A stretch of DNA of 64,000 nt, taken from the NCBI GenBank assembly GCA_964523885.1, contig CAZFYX010000038.1, positions 64,255 to 128,254 of the forward strand. Reading direction: 5' to 3'. This document shows positions 39,523-48,834 of the stretch, piece after piece (position 1 is the stretch's first letter; the number at the start of each line of letters is the position of its first letter). This DNA is from an uncultured Burkholderiales bacterium (GTDB taxonomy: Bacteria; Pseudomonadota; Gammaproteobacteria; Burkholderiales; SHXO01). A program made the translations under genes and the position numbers. A model generated the notes under the pieces. It saw only the letters and a program-made list of their open reading frames with translations. It was not told the origin of the DNA and made no database searches.

Positions 39523-41202
39523 TCAGGCGGTGACGGGTTTGCGCTGCGACCTGGCAGGCTTCGGCGTCGCCTGTGACTTCTTCCACAGCTCGACCGCGCC
39601 ATCCAGCAGCGAGCGCAGCTGGTCGCCGATCTTCTCGTAGGCGTCCTCGTCCAGGTTGGCGAGCGACACGCGCACCGACCAGTCCGGTCCGGCGAAGCCG
39701 CTGCCGTTGAGCAGCACCGTGCTGTAGCGCTCGGCGAGCGCGAACAGCACGTCGAACGGATGGTAGTTGCGCGCGAACTTGATGAACTCCTCGCCGTACT
39801 CGTGGCGCGCCCAGTTGAGCAGATCGATGGTGGCGTAGTACTCCGCGCGCATCGGGTCGTCGAACCAGTCGATGTCCAGGCCCTGCGCCAGCTTGCGCAG
39901 GCGGCGGTGCACGATGGACTGGGTGAGCTTCTTGTAGCGGCTCTCCGTGTCCAGCAGCGCGAACAGCGAGAACAGCGCCATCTGCACCTGCTGCGGCAGC
40001 GACAGCCCGGCGGTGTGGTTCAGCGCCACCTGGCGGCTGTCCGCGACCATGCGGTCGATGAACTTGAGCTTCTCCGGCTGCAGGGTGATGCTTCCATAAC
40101 GGTGGTTGAGCACCCGGCGCGTGGTCTGCGGCAGCTTCGCGAGCATGTCGTCGTAGACGTTGTTCTGGTGAATGGCGACCACGCCCAGCCGCCAGCCGGT
40201 GCAGCCGAAGTACTTGGAATACGAGTAGACGCCGATGGTGTTGTACGGCAGCTCGGCCATGAGCGAGCGGAAGCCGTCGACGAACGTGCCGTACACGTCA
40301 TCGGTGAGCACCATCAGGTCGGGGCGCCTGGTCTTCACCAGCCGGACGATGCGTCGCATGGTCTCGGGGCGGATGGCGACCGAGGGCGGATTGCTCGGGT
40401 TGACCACGAAGAACGCCTTGACCTTCGGGTTCGCCAGCTTGTCGATCTCGCTGTCCGGGTACTGCCAGGAGTGGTGGCCGCGCGCGGCGAACTCGGAGGC
40501 CTCGATGCGGACCACCTTGAACCGGTAGCGGTCGAGGTGCGGGATCTCGAGGTAGGGCGTGAAGACCGGCGTGGCCAGCGCGATGGTGTCGCCTTTCCTC
40601 AGCAGGCCGTTCTGCACCAGGGAGTCGAAGATGTAGCACATGGCCGCCGTGCCTCCTTCGACGGCGAAGATGTCGTAGCGCCCGCGCGGCGGCTTGCGAT
40701 CGCACATCTCCTGCACCAGGTACTCGTGCACGATGCGCTCGCAATGCACCAGCATGCGGTCGGGCACCGGGTAGTTGTCGCCGATGATGCTGTCGGTGAG
40801 CTCGTGCACGAACGCGTCTGCATCGAATCCCAGCCGCTGCGTGCCGTGTGCGAAGCTGGCCTGGAGCAGCGCGACGCCGGGTTTGCCCGCGTTGCGCTCC
40901 AGGAAGGCGGCAAAGCGCTTGGCGATGTCCTGCTTGCGCGGCATTCCGCCCAGGTCCGGCTCTTCCCAGGCCCGCCTGGACTCTTCGATGCCGAACTGTC
41001 CCAGGGTGAAGAAGGCTTCGCGCGGCGTGGTGGCGATCCAGTTCGGATTTCCCCGGCCGGCGTTGAGCATGGCGCGCGCGCCGGCACGCGCCTGGTCGCT
41101 GGCCAGCGTGATGAGCTTGTCCTTCAGCTCGAAGGGACTGAGCTTCTCCAGCTCGCGCATCTTGGACAGGCGTTGCTTTCGCTTGCTGGTGATCTGCGCC
41201 AT
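39523..41202 (-). CDS. aspD: aspartate 4-decarboxylase (bifunctional aspartate aminotransferase/beta-decarboxylase)
   Basis: Near full-length agreement with the AsdA pattern (LSPFELKD, NAGRGNPN, CNYPVP-like GDNYPVPDRM, SYSKYFGCTGWRLG, LNHTAGLSLPQQVQMALFSLFAL). Confidence 0.9.
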   Translation of the reverse strand: MAQITSKRKQRLSKMRELEKLSPFELKDKLITLASDQARAGARAMLNAGRGNPNWIATTPREAFFTLGQFGIEESRRAWEEPDLGGMPRKQDIAKRFAAFLERNAGKPGVALLQASFAHGTQRLGFDADAFVHELTDSIIGDNYPVPDRMLVHCERIVHEYLVQEMCDRKPPRGRYDIFAVEGGTAAMCYIFDSLVQNGLLRKGDTIALATPVFTPYLEIPHLDRYRFKVVRIEASEFAARGHHSWQYPDSEIDKLANPKVKAFFVVNPSNPPSVAIRPETMRRIVRLVKTRRPDLMVLTDDVYGTFVDGFRSLMAELPYNTIGVYSYSKYFGCTGWRLGVVAIHQNNVYDDMLAKLPQTTRRVLNHRYGSITLQPEKLKFIDRMVADSRQVALNHTAGLSLPQQVQMALFSLFALLDTESRYKKLTQSIVHRRLRKLAQGLDIDWFDDPMRAEYYATIDLLNWARHEYGEEFIKFARNYHPFDVLFALAERYSTVLLNGSGFAGPDWSVRVSLANLDEDAYEKIGDQLRSLLDGAVELWKKSQATPKPARSQRKPVTA

Positions 41203-41239
41203 GGTGCTCTCCCCGGTCTGCGCGTTCGTTCGTCGCCAC

Positions 41240-42931
41240 TCAGCTCATCATGAGCACGATCACCACGCCCCAGATGATCAGCAGCGTGTTGCCTACGGCG
41301 TAGGTCACCGTGTAACCGAGCGCGGGAACCTTGCTCTTCGCCGCCTCTTCGATCGCGCCCAGCGCGGCGGTCGTCGTGCGCGCGCCTGCGCAGGCGCCGA
41401 GCAGGATGCCCGGATGCATCTTGAACAGGTACTTCCCGACATAGAGCATGACCACGAACGGAACGGTGGTCACGATGATCCCGGAGACGAACAGGCCCAG
41501 CCCGTTCTCCTGCAGCCCGGCCACGAAACCGGGTCCCGCGGTGATGCCGACCACCGCGATGAAGGTGTTCAGGCCGACGTTGTTGAACACCCACAGCGCC
41601 GGTCCCGGGATGCGCCCGAAGGTCGCGTTGACAGATCGCAGCCACCCGCACACCAGTCCGGCGATTAGAGCGCCCCCGCTGGTGCTCAGGCTGAGCGGCA
41701 CGCCGCCGATGCGGATGGTGATGGCGCCGACCAGCGCGCCGGCCACGATGCCCAGACCCATGAACAGCATGTCGGTCTTCTCGGTGATGCGGTCGGCGTA
41801 GCCGATCACCTTGGCCGCCCGCTCGATGGCCGCCTTCGGCCCCGCCAGCTGCAGGACGTCGCCGCGGTCGACCCGCGTGCCGGGCGTGAACGGCATCTCG
41901 CGGCCGGCGCGCACCAGCTTGCGAAGGTAGACGGCGCGGAACTCGCGCTGCCCCTGCGCGGATTCCGCCAGCTCGCGCAGGGTCTTGCCGGCCAGCGCCT
42001 TGTTGGTGACCACCACGTCGAGGATCTGGGCGGTCATGTCGAGCAGGGCCGGTTCGTCCACTTCGCTGCCCAGCCGGGCAGCGGCTTCGAGCACGTACTC
42101 GCGGCGACCGCATAGCACCACGATCAGGCCGTTCCTCAGCACGGTGTCCGGCTGCGCGTCGAAGGCCTCGCCATCGCGCAGCACGCGCAGGATGTACAGG
42201 CGCTGCTCCGCAAACTGGCGCTCGAACTGCTCCACGGTCTTGCCGGCGAACGGGCTTTCGGTCACACGATAGGCCCGCACGACGAAGCGCTGGTAGGTCG
42301 AGACCACGCCGGGCTCGGCTTCGCTCGCGCCCATGCTGGCCTCGAGCTTCCTGCACTCCGCCGGCAGGTCCACGCGGAGCAGCTTGGGTCCCAGCGTACC
42401 CAGGATCCAGGCCGAGCCCGCGGTGCCGAACAGGTAGCTCACCGCGTACGCGACCGGCATCGCGTCCAGCCACAGCTTCTTCTGCTCCGCGGACACGCCG
42501 AGCTGATTGATGGTGTCGGTCGCCACGCCGAGCACCGCTGATATCGTGCAGGCGCCGGACAGCAGGCCGGCCGCGAAGCCGGCGTGGTAGCCCATGCCCT
42601 TGGCCACGAAGAATGCGCTCAGCAGGCACAGCACGCACAGCATGGTCGCGAACACCACCTGCTGCAGGCCGTCGCTCTTGAGTCCGCGGAAGAACTGCGG
42701 TCCGACACCGTAGCCCACGGCAAACAGGAACATCAGGAAGAACACCGACTTCACGTGCGGCGAGATGGTGATGCCGATCTGCCCGATCAGCACGCCGGCG
42801 AGCAGGGTGCTGGTGACCACGCCCAGGCTGAACTTGCCGAAGCGCATCTGCCCGACCCAGAAACCCAGAGCGAGCGCAAGGAAGATCGCGATCTCGGGAT
42901 ACTGACGCAGCGTGTCGATCAACCATGCCAT
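41240..42931 (-). CDS. aspT: aspartate:alanine antiporter
   Basis: AAE-family duplicated transporter. Sits directly upstream of aspD, as in characterised aspT-aspD operons. Confidence 0.8.
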   Translation of the reverse strand: MAWLIDTLRQYPEIAIFLALALGFWVGQMRFGKFSLGVVTSTLLAGVLIGQIGITISPHVKSVFFLMFLFAVGYGVGPQFFRGLKSDGLQQVVFATMLCVLCLLSAFFVAKGMGYHAGFAAGLLSGACTISAVLGVATDTINQLGVSAEQKKLWLDAMPVAYAVSYLFGTAGSAWILGTLGPKLLRVDLPAECRKLEASMGASEAEPGVVSTYQRFVVRAYRVTESPFAGKTVEQFERQFAEQRLYILRVLRDGEAFDAQPDTVLRNGLIVVLCGRREYVLEAAARLGSEVDEPALLDMTAQILDVVVTNKALAGKTLRELAESAQGQREFRAVYLRKLVRAGREMPFTPGTRVDRGDVLQLAGPKAAIERAAKVIGYADRITEKTDMLFMGLGIVAGALVGAITIRIGGVPLSLSTSGGALIAGLVCGWLRSVNATFGRIPGPALWVFNNVGLNTFIAVVGITAGPGFVAGLQENGLGLFVSGIIVTTVPFVVMLYVGKYLFKMHPGILLGACAGARTTTAALGAIEEAAKSKVPALGYTVTYAVGNTLLIIWGVVIVLMMS

Positions 42932-43148
42932 GAGCTTTCCTGCCGGGCGGTCCGAAGAGAATTATGGCCAGCCGCTCCATGCGCTCCATTGCTAATTCTC
43001 GACATTCCCATGGTGTGCATCCAGCGCGCTTGACCCAGATCAACCGCAGGCCGCTTGCCATCGACGCGAACCGCATGCATCCTGCGTGCAGTCGCGCAGC
43101 CCTCTCATTGGGAACAGTCGTCGTGGTCAACAGAAGGCCGTCCTCCTC

Positions 43149-44066
43149 ATGCTGAGCAGCGTCCGGGCAGTGCACGACGCGTGCTCGGTCCTCGTGCTGC
43201 TCGCTGCCGCACTGCTCGCATGCATTCTGCCGTCGCCAGCGCCTGCGGCTGACCTCGGTCCCGCCGGCGCTCCCGGCGTGGCCCTGCCCGGGAAGTTCGT
43301 CTGGTTCGAGCTCGTCACCGACGACATGCCGACCGCACAAGGCTTCTATCGAGCGGTGTTCGGATGGACGTTCAGCGCGGTACCCGGCGCACCGGACGCC
43401 TACACCCTGGCCGAGAACGCAGGCGAGAAGGTGGCCGGGCTGTTCCGGCATGCGCCGCCGCCAGGCGTCGCCCGGAGCGCGCGCTGGCTCACCCTTATCT
43501 CGGTGCCGGATGTCGCGGCCGCGGCGCGGTATGCGACGGCGCACGGCGGTGCCGTGGTCTCGCCGCCGGCCACCGTGGCGGGCAGCGGCACCCGTGCGCT
43601 ATTGCGCGATCCCGGAGGCGCCGTGTTCGGCGTCCTGCGCGCGCCGCAGGGGGACCCGCCCGACACGCCAGTCCCTGATGGCGACTTCTTCTGGGTCGAT
43701 CTGCTCACGCGCGATCCCCCCGCCGCGGCTCAGTTCTATCAGGGGCTGGCCGGCTACGAGGTCAGTCAGCGCGAAAGCGACCTCGGTTTCACGCGCCTGG
43801 TGCTGCAATCGCAGGGGTACGCCCGCGCCGGCATCGTGCCGCTGCCGCAGCCCGTGAAGCAGGGGGGCTGGCTGCCCTATGTCCTGGTGAGCGACGTGCC
43901 GGGAACGCTGGCAAGGGTGAAAGCCGCCGGCGGCAAGGTGCTGGTCGAGCCGGAGGCGAGACTGCTGGATGGAAATGTGGCGGTCCTCGCCGATCCGCTG
44001 GGGGGTGTGCTGGGCATCGTGAACTGGGACGCGGCACCGCGGGACGACGTGGAGCGCGCCCGTTGA
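43149..44066 (+). CDS. secreted two-domain VOC (glyoxalase/bleomycin-resistance fold) protein
   Basis: Signal peptide followed by two repeats of the F.W.EL..D......FY..VFGW motif. Confidence 0.6.
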   Translation: MLSSVRAVHDACSVLVLLAAALLACILPSPAPAADLGPAGAPGVALPGKFVWFELVTDDMPTAQGFYRAVFGWTFSAVPGAPDAYTLAENAGEKVAGLFRHAPPPGVARSARWLTLISVPDVAAAARYATAHGGAVVSPPATVAGSGTRALLRDPGGAVFGVLRAPQGDPPDTPVPDGDFFWVDLLTRDPPAAAQFYQGLAGYEVSQRESDLGFTRLVLQSQGYARAGIVPLPQPVKQGGWLPYVLVSDVPGTLARVKAAGGKVLVEPEARLLDGNVAVLADPLGGVLGIVNWDAAPRDDVERAR

Positions 44067-44410
44067 TGGCCATGCATCGCGCGCTGCATCGGGCAAAGCT
44101 GACCGCCGTCCTCGGAATCGCCGGCCTCCTGGCGGGCTGCGCCAATGGCGGCTCCACTCAGATCCATGGCTCGGTGTATGCGGGCGTGGGCTACTATGAC
44201 CCTTGGTATTGGGGGCCGTGCTGCAGTGACACCGTGATCGTGGGCCCCCCGCCACCGGCCGGTGAGCGCCCCGGTGGTCCGGTGGGTGCGCACCCCGAAC
44301 AGCCCATCGCCAAACCGCCGCCCTCGGCACCGGTCGCGCGGCCTTCGCCCGCACCCGCTGCGCCGCGCCCCGTGGCGGCGCCGCGCGGAGGCGGCGGGCA
44401 CCGGCGCTGA
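44066..44410 (+). CDS. small Pro/Ala-rich lipoprotein
   Basis: Lipobox LLAGC/AN. The start overlaps the upstream stop (TGATG). Low-complexity C-terminus. Confidence 0.5.
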   Translation: MAMHRALHRAKLTAVLGIAGLLAGCANGGSTQIHGSVYAGVGYYDPWYWGPCCSDTVIVGPPPPAGERPGGPVGAHPEQPIAKPPPSAPVARPSPAPAAPRPVAAPRGGGGHRR

Positions 44411-44532
44411 CCTCTTGCGAAGCAGCCGCGGCCGTTGCCGCCGCGGATCTTGCTCGCAGCATCCATGCTCCGGCCTGCGCCCAGCAACCGGAGCACGCGA
44501 TCAACGAACCTCAACGGAAGGAAGGTACGACC

Positions 44533-45096
44533 ATGAATCTGTTCAAGCTCTTGACCGTGGCAGCGCTGTCTCTGACTGCCGTTGCATGCGCATCGGATGC
44601 ACCGAGTGACAAGGCCGGCCGGCAGGCCGAGGTCCGCCAGGCCACCCAGACCTCGCTCGGGAAGTTCTACAAGGCGAAGCCGGAACTGCAGCAGGAAGTG
44701 GCCAGCTCACCCGGCTATGCAGTGTTCACGACGTATGGCATCAGCTTCATCGTAGGCGGAGCAGGCGGCAAAGGCCTGGTCCACGACAACACGACCGGCA
44801 CCGATACGTTCATGGATGCGGCCCAGGCCAGCGCCGGCCTGCAGGCGGGGGCGGCGCAGACCGATACCCTGATCATCTTCAAGAATCACGATGCCCTGCG
44901 TCAATTCGTGGAGAAGGGCTGGGTGGCCGGTGGCCAGGCCGTGGCGCAGGCGGGAGCGAAAGGTGAATCGGTCGGGCCGGGCACGGGAGAGAACGTGATC
45001 GCCGACGCACGGTACTACACGCTCACGCCCAACGGCCTGCAGGCGGGAGTGGCCGCCGCGGGTACCAAGTACTGGAAGGACAAGGACCTGAACTGA
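44533..45096 (+). CDS. SYLF (DUF500)-domain lipoprotein
   Basis: Lipobox AVAC/AS. SYLF-like GYAVFTTYGISFIVGGAGGKGLV pattern. About 190 aa, like known bacterial SYLF lipoproteins. Confidence 0.55.
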   Translation: MNLFKLLTVAALSLTAVACASDAPSDKAGRQAEVRQATQTSLGKFYKAKPELQQEVASSPGYAVFTTYGISFIVGGAGGKGLVHDNTTGTDTFMDAAQASAGLQAGAAQTDTLIIFKNHDALRQFVEKGWVAGGQAVAQAGAKGESVGPGTGENVIADARYYTLTPNGLQAGVAAAGTKYWKDKDLN

Positions 45097-45260
45097 CAGC
45101 AGCTGCGTGCTGCATCGCGCACGCCAAGCAGGCGAGGCAGGGTCCGAACACTTCCCGCTGCAGGGACGCCAGGGACGCAAGGGGGTCGGGCTTTTCCTGG
45201 GCGTCCCCGGCGCGCGACTCGCCCCCTCGGACTGCGCCGGGGGAAGACCGGCGGCTCGCT

Positions 45261-45827
45261 CTACTGCTTCTTCTCGGTGGCCGGCCGCACCGCGAGCGCG
45301 ACCGCTTCGCTGTAGGTGATGTCCACCAGGTCGCCGACCTTCACCTTCTTCAGGTTGGCCGGGTCGCGGGCCTTGACCGTCTCCGCCCTGCCGTTGGGCC
45401 CGGTGATGGTCGCCGTGCCCTTCGCAAGGTCGATCGCGGTGATCGTCGCCGTCACGGTGATCGAATCCTTCACGTCCGCATAGGGCTTCTGGCCGGGCTC
45501 GGCAACCGACGTCGAAGTGTTCGAGCTCACGCCGGGTGCGCCCTGCCCGGCCGGCTTCACCTGCCAGGCTACCGCTTCGGTATAGCTGACCACGACTTCG
45601 TCGCCGGGCTTGATCTGGTCGAAATTCTTGACCGCGTCGGTGACGATGACGTCGAGCTCCGTGCCATCGGCCTCCTTCAAGGAGACCTGCCGGGTGGCGG
45701 CGTCCACAGCGGTGACCGTGGCGCGCGCTTCCACCACGTCTTCCATCTTCCCCGACGGCATCGGGCTCTTGCAGGCGGGCAGCAGGGCCGCGGCCAGAAC
45801 TGCGGCAGTGATCAGGCGAAGGGACAT
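45261..45827 (-). CDS. lipoprotein with an internally duplicated ~55-aa domain
   Basis: Lipobox LLPAC/KS. Two homologous segments (ATVTAVDAATRQVSLKEADGTE...GDEVVVSYTEAVAWQVKPA and VTATITAIDLAKGTATITGPNGRAE...GDLVDITYSEAVALAVRPA). Confidence 0.6.
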   Translation of the reverse strand: MSLRLITAAVLAAALLPACKSPMPSGKMEDVVEARATVTAVDAATRQVSLKEADGTELDVIVTDAVKNFDQIKPGDEVVVSYTEAVAWQVKPAGQGAPGVSSNTSTSVAEPGQKPYADVKDSITVTATITAIDLAKGTATITGPNGRAETVKARDPANLKKVKVGDLVDITYSEAVALAVRPATEKKQ

Positions 45828-45910
45828 CGAATTCTCCTAGGTTGTGGCGGATGCGCGCCGACGGCGGACAGCGAGTGTCGCGCACCGGCGCATGGAGCGA
45901 TTGACGGCGA

Positions 45911-46969
45911 TCAACCCTTGTCCGCGTCCTCATGCGCGCCGGCCTGCAGCGTTGCCTGCTGCCGGAACTGCGCGGGTGTCGTTCCGGTCCAGCGCCGGAA
46001 CGCGTGCATGAAGGCGCTGAGGTCCGCGTAGCAGAGCGCGGCCGCGATCTGGTTCAGCGGCGTGTGCGTGTGCGCGAGCAGCTCGCGGGCGACGTCGAGC
46101 CGCACTTCGTCCAGCAGCTTCTGGAAAGTGGTGCCCTGCGCCTGCAGCCGCCGGTTCAAGGTGCGCCGTCCCAGCGAGGAATACCGGGCCAGGGTATCGC
46201 CCGAGCTGTGACCCTGTATCAGCAGGACTCTCAGGGCGCGGCGGAGCCTGGGCACCAGGTCCACGCCAGTGTTCGCCTCGATCGACTGCAGCAGCGCCCG
46301 GTGCCGTCTGGGGTCGGCGGCAGGGGTGGGCTGGATGAGCCAGCGCTTCGCAAAGCGCACCGCCGAGTAGACCTGGTCGAACTTCACGCGCGGCCCGAAG
46401 CACGCCTTGTAGGGGGCGACGTCCTGCGGGTGCGGCCGCGACAACAGGACCTCGGCCGGGGTCCAGTGCAGCCGGCACAGGCCGCGCATGATACCTGCCG
46501 CGACACCCATCGCCGCGTCATAGATCTGCTCGGGGCGCCGCAGATCGGTGCGGTAGAGGGCAAAGCCCAGCGCCGCGGTGTCTTCCTCCTCGAGCACGAA
46601 GGCCACCCCCATGTCGCTGTTGCCGTGCTGCACCAGCGTGAAGCTGTGCAGTGCATCGCCGACTGTCGGCGCACAGTGCATCAGGTCCGCTATCACGCCC
46701 TGATGCGCGAGATTCCAGCGCTGCCCCGCGAGCAGCCCGAAGTGCGGGCAACCCGTCTGCTGCACACACGCGGCGAGCAGCCGGTCGGTGGCATCGACGG
46801 GCAGGCGCTGGTCGATGTGCCCGAGCGCCTGCGCGTCGAGCCCGGCGCTCGCGAGGACCTGCGCCGGGTCGGCACCAAGCTCGCGCAGCAGCCCCGGAAT
46901 CTCGACGAGACCGCCCACGCGCTGGGTCGGGATGCCGGTCGTGGGCGGGGCGGCTTCGGTCACATCCAT
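45911..46969 (-). CDS. AraC-family transcriptional regulator with N-terminal ligand-binding domain
   Basis: C-terminal double HTH (LNQIAAALCYADLSAFMHAFRRWTGTTPAQFR). Start at MDVTEAAPP. Confidence 0.8.
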   Translation of the reverse strand: MDVTEAAPPTTGIPTQRVGGLVEIPGLLRELGADPAQVLASAGLDAQALGHIDQRLPVDATDRLLAACVQQTGCPHFGLLAGQRWNLAHQGVIADLMHCAPTVGDALHSFTLVQHGNSDMGVAFVLEEEDTAALGFALYRTDLRRPEQIYDAAMGVAAGIMRGLCRLHWTPAEVLLSRPHPQDVAPYKACFGPRVKFDQVYSAVRFAKRWLIQPTPAADPRRHRALLQSIEANTGVDLVPRLRRALRVLLIQGHSSGDTLARYSSLGRRTLNRRLQAQGTTFQKLLDEVRLDVARELLAHTHTPLNQIAAALCYADLSAFMHAFRRWTGTTPAQFRQQATLQAGAHEDADKG

Positions 46970-47222
46970 CGGTCGATGCGTTTCCTTGCGCTTGTGGCAG
47001 TTTACCGCGGGTCGGCATCCGGAGGTCGGGCTCCAGGCCGGCGATCGCCGCGAAACGGTCGAGACCCTCGCGGAAACGCACGGTATTGCGAGGCACGGTG
47101 AAGATACACCGAAGCCGCGCCCGCATGCCGTTGTCGAGAATTCGCAAGTCGCATCCGGCGCTCGATCCATGCGCTGGTGCAGTGCACAGTGCCATGCCCC
47201 GGTGTCCGCAACAAGAACCGTG

Positions 47223-47250
47223 TTGACAACGCCTCGCAGCGCGCCACAAT
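47223..47250 (+). promoter_or_regulatory. sigma70-like promoter candidate (TTGACA-16 nt-CACAAT)
   Basis: A perfect -35 hexamer, rare in this GC-rich DNA, about 95 nt upstream of the hydrolase ATG. The -10 hexamer is only 4/6. Confidence 0.25.
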
Positions 47251-47344
47251 GCACGGCAGCGTGCGCCGCAGGCATCGGGCGGGTTCCTGTCGATCACCCG
47301 GAACGCGCACAAGCCCACCTATGAATGACTGCCGAGAGATGAAC

Positions 47345-48004
47345 ATGAGCCTGATCCAAGCCGAGCCGTTCCCCCTCGAGTTCGATCCTGGCACGACCGC
47401 GCTGGTGATCATCGACATGCAGCGCGACTTCGTCCTGCCCGGCGGCTTCGGCGAGAAGCTCGGCAACGACACCTCGCTGCTGCTGGCGGCGGTCGAGCCC
47501 TGCAAGCGCGCGCTGGATGCGGCCCGCAGGAAGGGCATGCTGGTGATCCACACACGCGAAGGCCACCGGCCCGACCTCACCGACTGCCCGCCAGCCAAGC
47601 TGACGCGCGGCGGCAAGACCTTCATCGGCCAGCCCGGCCCGATGGGTCGCATACTCGTGCGCGGCGAGCAGGGCCACGACATCATCCACCAGCTCTACCC
47701 GATCGCCGGCGAGCCGGTGATCGACAAGCCGGGCAAGGGCTCGTTCCACGCCACCGACCTGCACCAGATCCTCATGGATCGCCGCATCCGCACGCTGGTG
47801 GTGTGCGGCGTCACCCTGGAGGTGTGCGTGCACACCACGGTGCGCGAGGCCAACGACCGCGGATACGAATGCGTGGTGCTCAGCGACTGCGTGGCCTCGT
47901 ACTTCCCCGAGTTCCAGCGCGTCGGCCTGGAGATGATCAAGGCGCAGGGTGCGATCTTCGGGTGGGTGTCGAACGCGCAGAACTTCGTCAAGGCAATCGC
48001 CTGA
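47345..48004 (+). CDS. isochorismatase-fold cysteine hydrolase (amidohydrolase)
   Basis: Motifs [12 protein letters not shown], a catalytic Lys region, and [18 protein letters not shown] with the nucleophile Cys. Alternative ATG at 47339. Confidence 0.8.
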   Translation: MSLIQAEPFPLEFDPGTTALVIIDMQRDFVLPGGFGEKLGNDTSLLLAAVEPCKRALDAARRKGMLVIHTREGHRPDLTDCPPAKLTRGGKTFIGQPGPMGRILVRGEQGHDIIHQLYPIAGEPVIDKPGKGSFHATDLHQILMDRRIRTLVVCGVTLEVCVHTTVREANDRGYECVVLSDCVASYFPEFQRVGLEMIKAQGAIFGWVSNAQNFVKAIA

Positions 48005-48009
48005 GCGCC

Positions 48010-48834
48010 GTGCTCGCGCTGCAGGCCCTGTCCGTCGGCCACGCCGCCGACCTGCGCGCCGCTGCCTCCGGCAGCGTGCACAGCGTGTTCGCGCACGCGG
48101 TGAACCTCGTGGTGGACGACGAGCTGTGGACGATCGCCAGCGCGCGACGCCCCGATCTGCCGTTCGGCATCCGGGTCGCCCACGACGGCTTCGATGCGCT
48201 CGCGGTACGGCGCGGCGATCGCGCCAGCGTGCGGGCCGGCTTCGTCGGCATCGGCACGGCGGTCGTGGTCGACTGCCGTGCGGCGCCACGCTGGATGCCG
48301 GACGCGCACGGCGCGCCGGTGCCCGGGCTCCGGGAGCGCCTCCGGATCGTGTCCGACGCGGCCCGGGGGCGGGCCTGGGGCGCCAGCGCACGCATGGCCG
48401 ACGAGATGGTCGATGCGATCTGCCGCCGTCGCCCGATCGAGCCGACGGTGCGCAGCGTCATCGGGCGCGGCGCGGGCGCCACGCCCGCCGGCGATGATGT
48501 GCTGGTGGGCATCCTTGCGGTGCTCGCATCGCCGCACGCAGGGCCGGCCGCAGCGGTCGCGGCGGGCGAGTTGTGGCGCGCGGTGCGTCCGGTGCTGGGG
48601 GGCACGACCGAGCTCAGCGCGCACTTGCTGCGGCAGGCTGCGCGTGGGCTGCTCGCGCGGCCGCTGCACGACCTGGTCGGCGCATTGTGCAGCGATGCCG
48701 GGCCGGTCCCGCTCGATTCGCTCGCGCGACGCGTCGTCGATTCGGGCGCCACTTCCGGCGCGGACACCTGCATGGGCGTGATCGCGGCCGCCCGGGCATA
48801 TCTCCTCGAGACGACAGAAAGGGCGGCAGCATGA
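48010..48834 (+). CDS. DUF2877 (YlbF-like) protein
   Basis: GTG start 6 nt after the hydrolase stop; its stop overlaps the fdrA ATG (ATGA). The family call rests on context and sequence pattern recalled from memory. Confidence 0.5.
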   Translation: MLALQALSVGHAADLRAAASGSVHSVFAHAVNLVVDDELWTIASARRPDLPFGIRVAHDGFDALAVRRGDRASVRAGFVGIGTAVVVDCRAAPRWMPDAHGAPVPGLRERLRIVSDAARGRAWGASARMADEMVDAICRRRPIEPTVRSVIGRGAGATPAGDDVLVGILAVLASPHAGPAAAVAAGELWRAVRPVLGGTTELSAHLLRQAARGLLARPLHDLVGALCSDAGPVPLDSLARRVVDSGATSGADTCMGVIAAARAYLLETTERAAA

